DNA of 64,000 bases from Natator depressus. Lineage: Eukaryota. The notes under the pieces are model-generated. The model was not told the origin of the DNA and did not search any database. It worked only from the letters and a program-made list of their open reading frames with translations. Made by a program: the position numbers and the translations under genes. The DNA is taken from assembly GCF_965152275.1 (NCBI RefSeq), contig NC_134234.1, forward strand, positions 39,458,920-39,522,919. The letters are read 5' to 3'. Below are positions 61,356-64,000 of the stretch, piece by piece; the first letter of the stretch is position 1; every line of letters starts with the position of its first letter.

Positions 61356-62945
61356 GGCTGGAGGAGCCCCAAGTTGGCCGAAGCCCCACCTGGGGGAGCC
61401 CAGGGCTGGCCGAAGCCACGCTGTGCCTCCCCTCCCCGGACCCAACCACGCAGGGAAAAGCGTCTGTTAGAAGACACTTTTGATATGCCCCATGCAGATT
61501 CCAGGGCAGCTGCACAGGCGGTATGGGCCTCCTCAGCCACCCTGGAACCTGCCTGGGGCATGATAAAGCAAAAACTTTGCTGCGAAACCCTGCAACTGGG
61601 GGACCGGCGGCCATGGCAGCACCAGGGGAGGCAGAATTTCCCCCGGTCTATTATACCCGCCACCCATGCTGGGCTCCTAGCCCTGGCTACCAATTCCTGC
61701 TCTAACCATTAGAAATAGGGTGACCAGATAGCAACTGTGAAAGAATGGGATGGGGGGTGGGGGTAATAGGTGCCTATACCTATTACCCCCCAAAAATAGG
61801 ACTGTCCCTTTAAAAATGGGACATCTGGTCACCCTAATTAGAAAGAACCAGCCATGTCCTGGGTACTGACAGTCTGAGCAGCGCAAATAGAAACTCTAAG
61901 AGAACTACAGCTGATACATGAAACATGAATTCTAGAAAGGCCAATTTCTCTCTGATGAACATAGTGGGAGCCCTACAGACCTTGCAGGCCCAGGCTGCCA
62001 CCCTGCAGGTACAGAATGTGGTCCTACAAGCTCAAGCCATGCCACCTTCAGCTCCAACCCCACTCCCTGCAAGCCCAAGCTTCCTGCCTGGCAAATTTAA
62101 TAGCAATCATGACAAATTTTGTGGGTTTTTCAATCAGTCATAGCCCAGTGACCAAGCCCGAGTAGTTACCTGACTGATTATCAGCCTACTTACGGGGGGA
62201 GGCCCTAGCTTGGGTGTCTCTGCTCCTAGAACAATCAAGCCTGCTTCTAAGACAATTTGAGGACATTTTTAGAGTTATGATGATCTTTGATGATTCAGGT
62301 TGTGAACGTATGGCCAAAGCTATGCTTCACCTGTTGCAGCAGGGACCCCAGCCAGTGCTAAATATGCAGCAGAGTTCTGACACTTTGGTAGTAGACACTA
62401 GGTGGACTGCGGGCACCCAGAGTTATCATTTCTGACTTGACCTCAACAATGATAGATGAACTGGCACAGGTGGAATCCCCATCCAGCCTTAATGCTATAG
62501 TCGACCCATGCATCAAGATCGATGACTGCCTGACCAAATGTCGCTGAGAAAAAAAGATAGTCCTCCTGGCTCCTGCCAGCCCTTCCGGCTCCAGCCTCCC
62601 ATATCACCAGTCCTTCCTCTGTTGCTCAAATGCATGCAAGTCAATCAGGTCTGGCCCCACCTCTCTGACATGGAGAAGAATCAGTGCTGGGAACCAGGAC
62701 ACTTTGCATCAAGCTGCCCTGTGAAGGTCCAGGCTGCACCCTGATCAGAAAACACCAACCTTCAGCCCTGATAGGGGGAGTCCAGGCTGGGTTGGTGCTA
62801 TTCCCCTTTCCCCAGCAGGCTACTCGAACACGCTGGTTTTGGTAGAGTGGTGTTACAAGCTGCACGTCTGTGAACTCTGAGCCCACCTCCAGGGATACTG
62901 CTTGAGAGTCACCTAGAATGGAATCGACATGAGCAAGTGCTCAAA

Positions 62946-63255
62946 GAAGAAAAAACGATTACCTACCTTTCGTAACTGTTGTTCTTCGAAATGTGTTGCT
63001 CGTGTCCATTCCATTACCCGCCCTCCTGCCCCTCTGTCAGAGTTGCCGGCATGAAGGAACTGAGAGGGTGTAGGGCCGGTGGCGCCTGATATACTGACGC
63101 ATGAGTGCAGCCCTCAAGGGGGTGCCACAGCCAGCCCTAGGGATATATTGCTAAGGCAAAAGTCTCTGACAACTTTGCATATGGGCGCGCACACACCTAG
63201 GATGGAATGGACATGAGCAACACATCTCGAAGAACAACAGTTACAAAAGGTAGGT
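62946..63255. repeat. Hairpin: 55-bp inverted arms around a loop of about 200 bp, related to DIRS-like terminal repeats
   Basis: 62946-62996 cgattacctacctttcgtaactgttgttcttcgaaatgtgttgctcgtgtccattcc is the reverse complement of 63199-63255. The same family occurs at 1-250. Confidence 0.85.
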
Positions 63256-64000
63256 AACCATTTTATCTGAAGCCCCAGTCCTGCAAAGATGTATACTTGC
63301 TTAAATTTAAGCATGTGAGTAATCCTTTCAATGAAACCATGCATGTGCTTAGAGTTATACCTCATCAAAGCCCAGCTCTCACTCCCATTGACTTAATTAG
63401 AAGCAAGCCCTATACTATTAATGCTATAATTTATTACTGTTGCCAGATTTTCTGTTACTATTTGATTATGAGTGAGCTATTTATTTATTTTGCTAATTTT
63501 CTTGCATATATTAGTAGGTTCAAGCTGAATCCATACTGTGAGTGGAAAGTTAAAAAAAACACTGACTTTGAATCTTCCATAGATTTTGTAGATTGTAGAT
63601 TTTTAAAATGATTTAAATAGGCATTTTAAAATTAACAAATGTTGATATGTAATCTGCAAGTGGTATCAAATTGATCAACTTCTACCCTGGAATGATAACC
63701 TTGAGAGATCAGTTACAACAACATCTCTCTCCCATGCAGTCCAAAATCCAAGGAGAGGAGTTAAAGACTTGTTAAAATGGAGAAGAAAAAGACCATGTGT
63801 GTATTCCTGGTTCCATTTTAGTCAATGACAAAACTCCCATGGATTTTAATGAGGCCAGAATTTTACCCCATATTGTCCGAAACTTACAATTCATAACCCG
63901 ATGAAAGAAGGAAAAAAGGTACATTAACTGTGAAACCTGACTGAAAGTTGCAGCTACTGAAGAGTGAATAATTCACAACCATTAGTCCTAAGGCCTGATC

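Noticed and set aside
61157-61712. ORFs of 131-178 aa on both strands
   Set aside because: They sit in a GC-rich tandem-repeat block with a (CA)n tract. They have no start context or splice signals and read as low-complexity translations.
1-64000. A prokaryotic-style novel system (defence island, operon, CRISPR array)
   Set aside because: The sequence is plainly vertebrate. It has spliced exons with GT-AG introns and vertebrate TE families (CR1, PLE, DIRS, Harbinger, Tigger, tRNA-SINE). There are no operon-like ORF runs and no direct-repeat plus spacer arrays.

Overview
This window is vertebrate nuclear DNA, not a prokaryotic locus. Its repeat content (CR1 LINEs, Penelope-like element tails that form hairpins, DIRS-like elements, Harbinger and Tigger transposons) points to a reptile genome, most likely a turtle. 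I find no operons, CRISPR arrays, rRNA or tRNA genes, so no prokaryote-style novel system is present.

One host gene runs on the + strand from before the window start to about 57.5 kb. I can follow 15 exons with canonical AG/GT boundaries. They encode a von Willebrand A domain (MIDAS motif DCSNSM, then ILLLSDG), the family motif SFVAVEKR, a 305-codon proline-rich exon, and a terminal exon ending in a TAA stop. The vWA domain is followed by roughly 700 further residues, which fits PARP4 (vault PARP) better than VWA5A or the ITIH genes. I infer the PARP4 identity from that architecture, not from a sequence match.

The introns are packed with transposable elements:
- Two CR1 LINE copies sit tail-to-tail at 7.1-11.6 kb, and a third CR1 lies at 35.4-37.1 kb.
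- A Tigger/pogo-like DNA transposon with terminal inverted repeats lies at 11.9-14.3 kb.
- A Penelope-like element at 15.4-16.4 kb has a 5' segment inverted in the way twin priming produces.
- There are two Harbinger (PIF-like) transposons, each with a DDE transposase gene on + and a Myb/SANT-like gene on -. Copy 1 (28.6-32.4 kb) has a transposase broken only by one TAG. Copy 2 (39.2-43.5 kb) is nested inside a DIRS-like tyrosine-recombinase retroelement (38.4-48.5 kb) and carries a tRNA-derived SINE in its transposase.
- Short non-autonomous elements (MITEs) share the Harbinger terminal repeats, and several minisatellites and GC-rich tandem blocks are present.

The most interesting structural point is a tandem segmental duplication of about 2.8 kb that duplicates one coding exon in frame (24560-24718 and 27372-27518). 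The two exon copies differ more than their flanking introns do, and one duplicate unit looks like the empty site of the Harbinger-1 insertion.

All coordinates were read by hand from the sequence, and homology calls rest on recognisable motifs, not on database searches.
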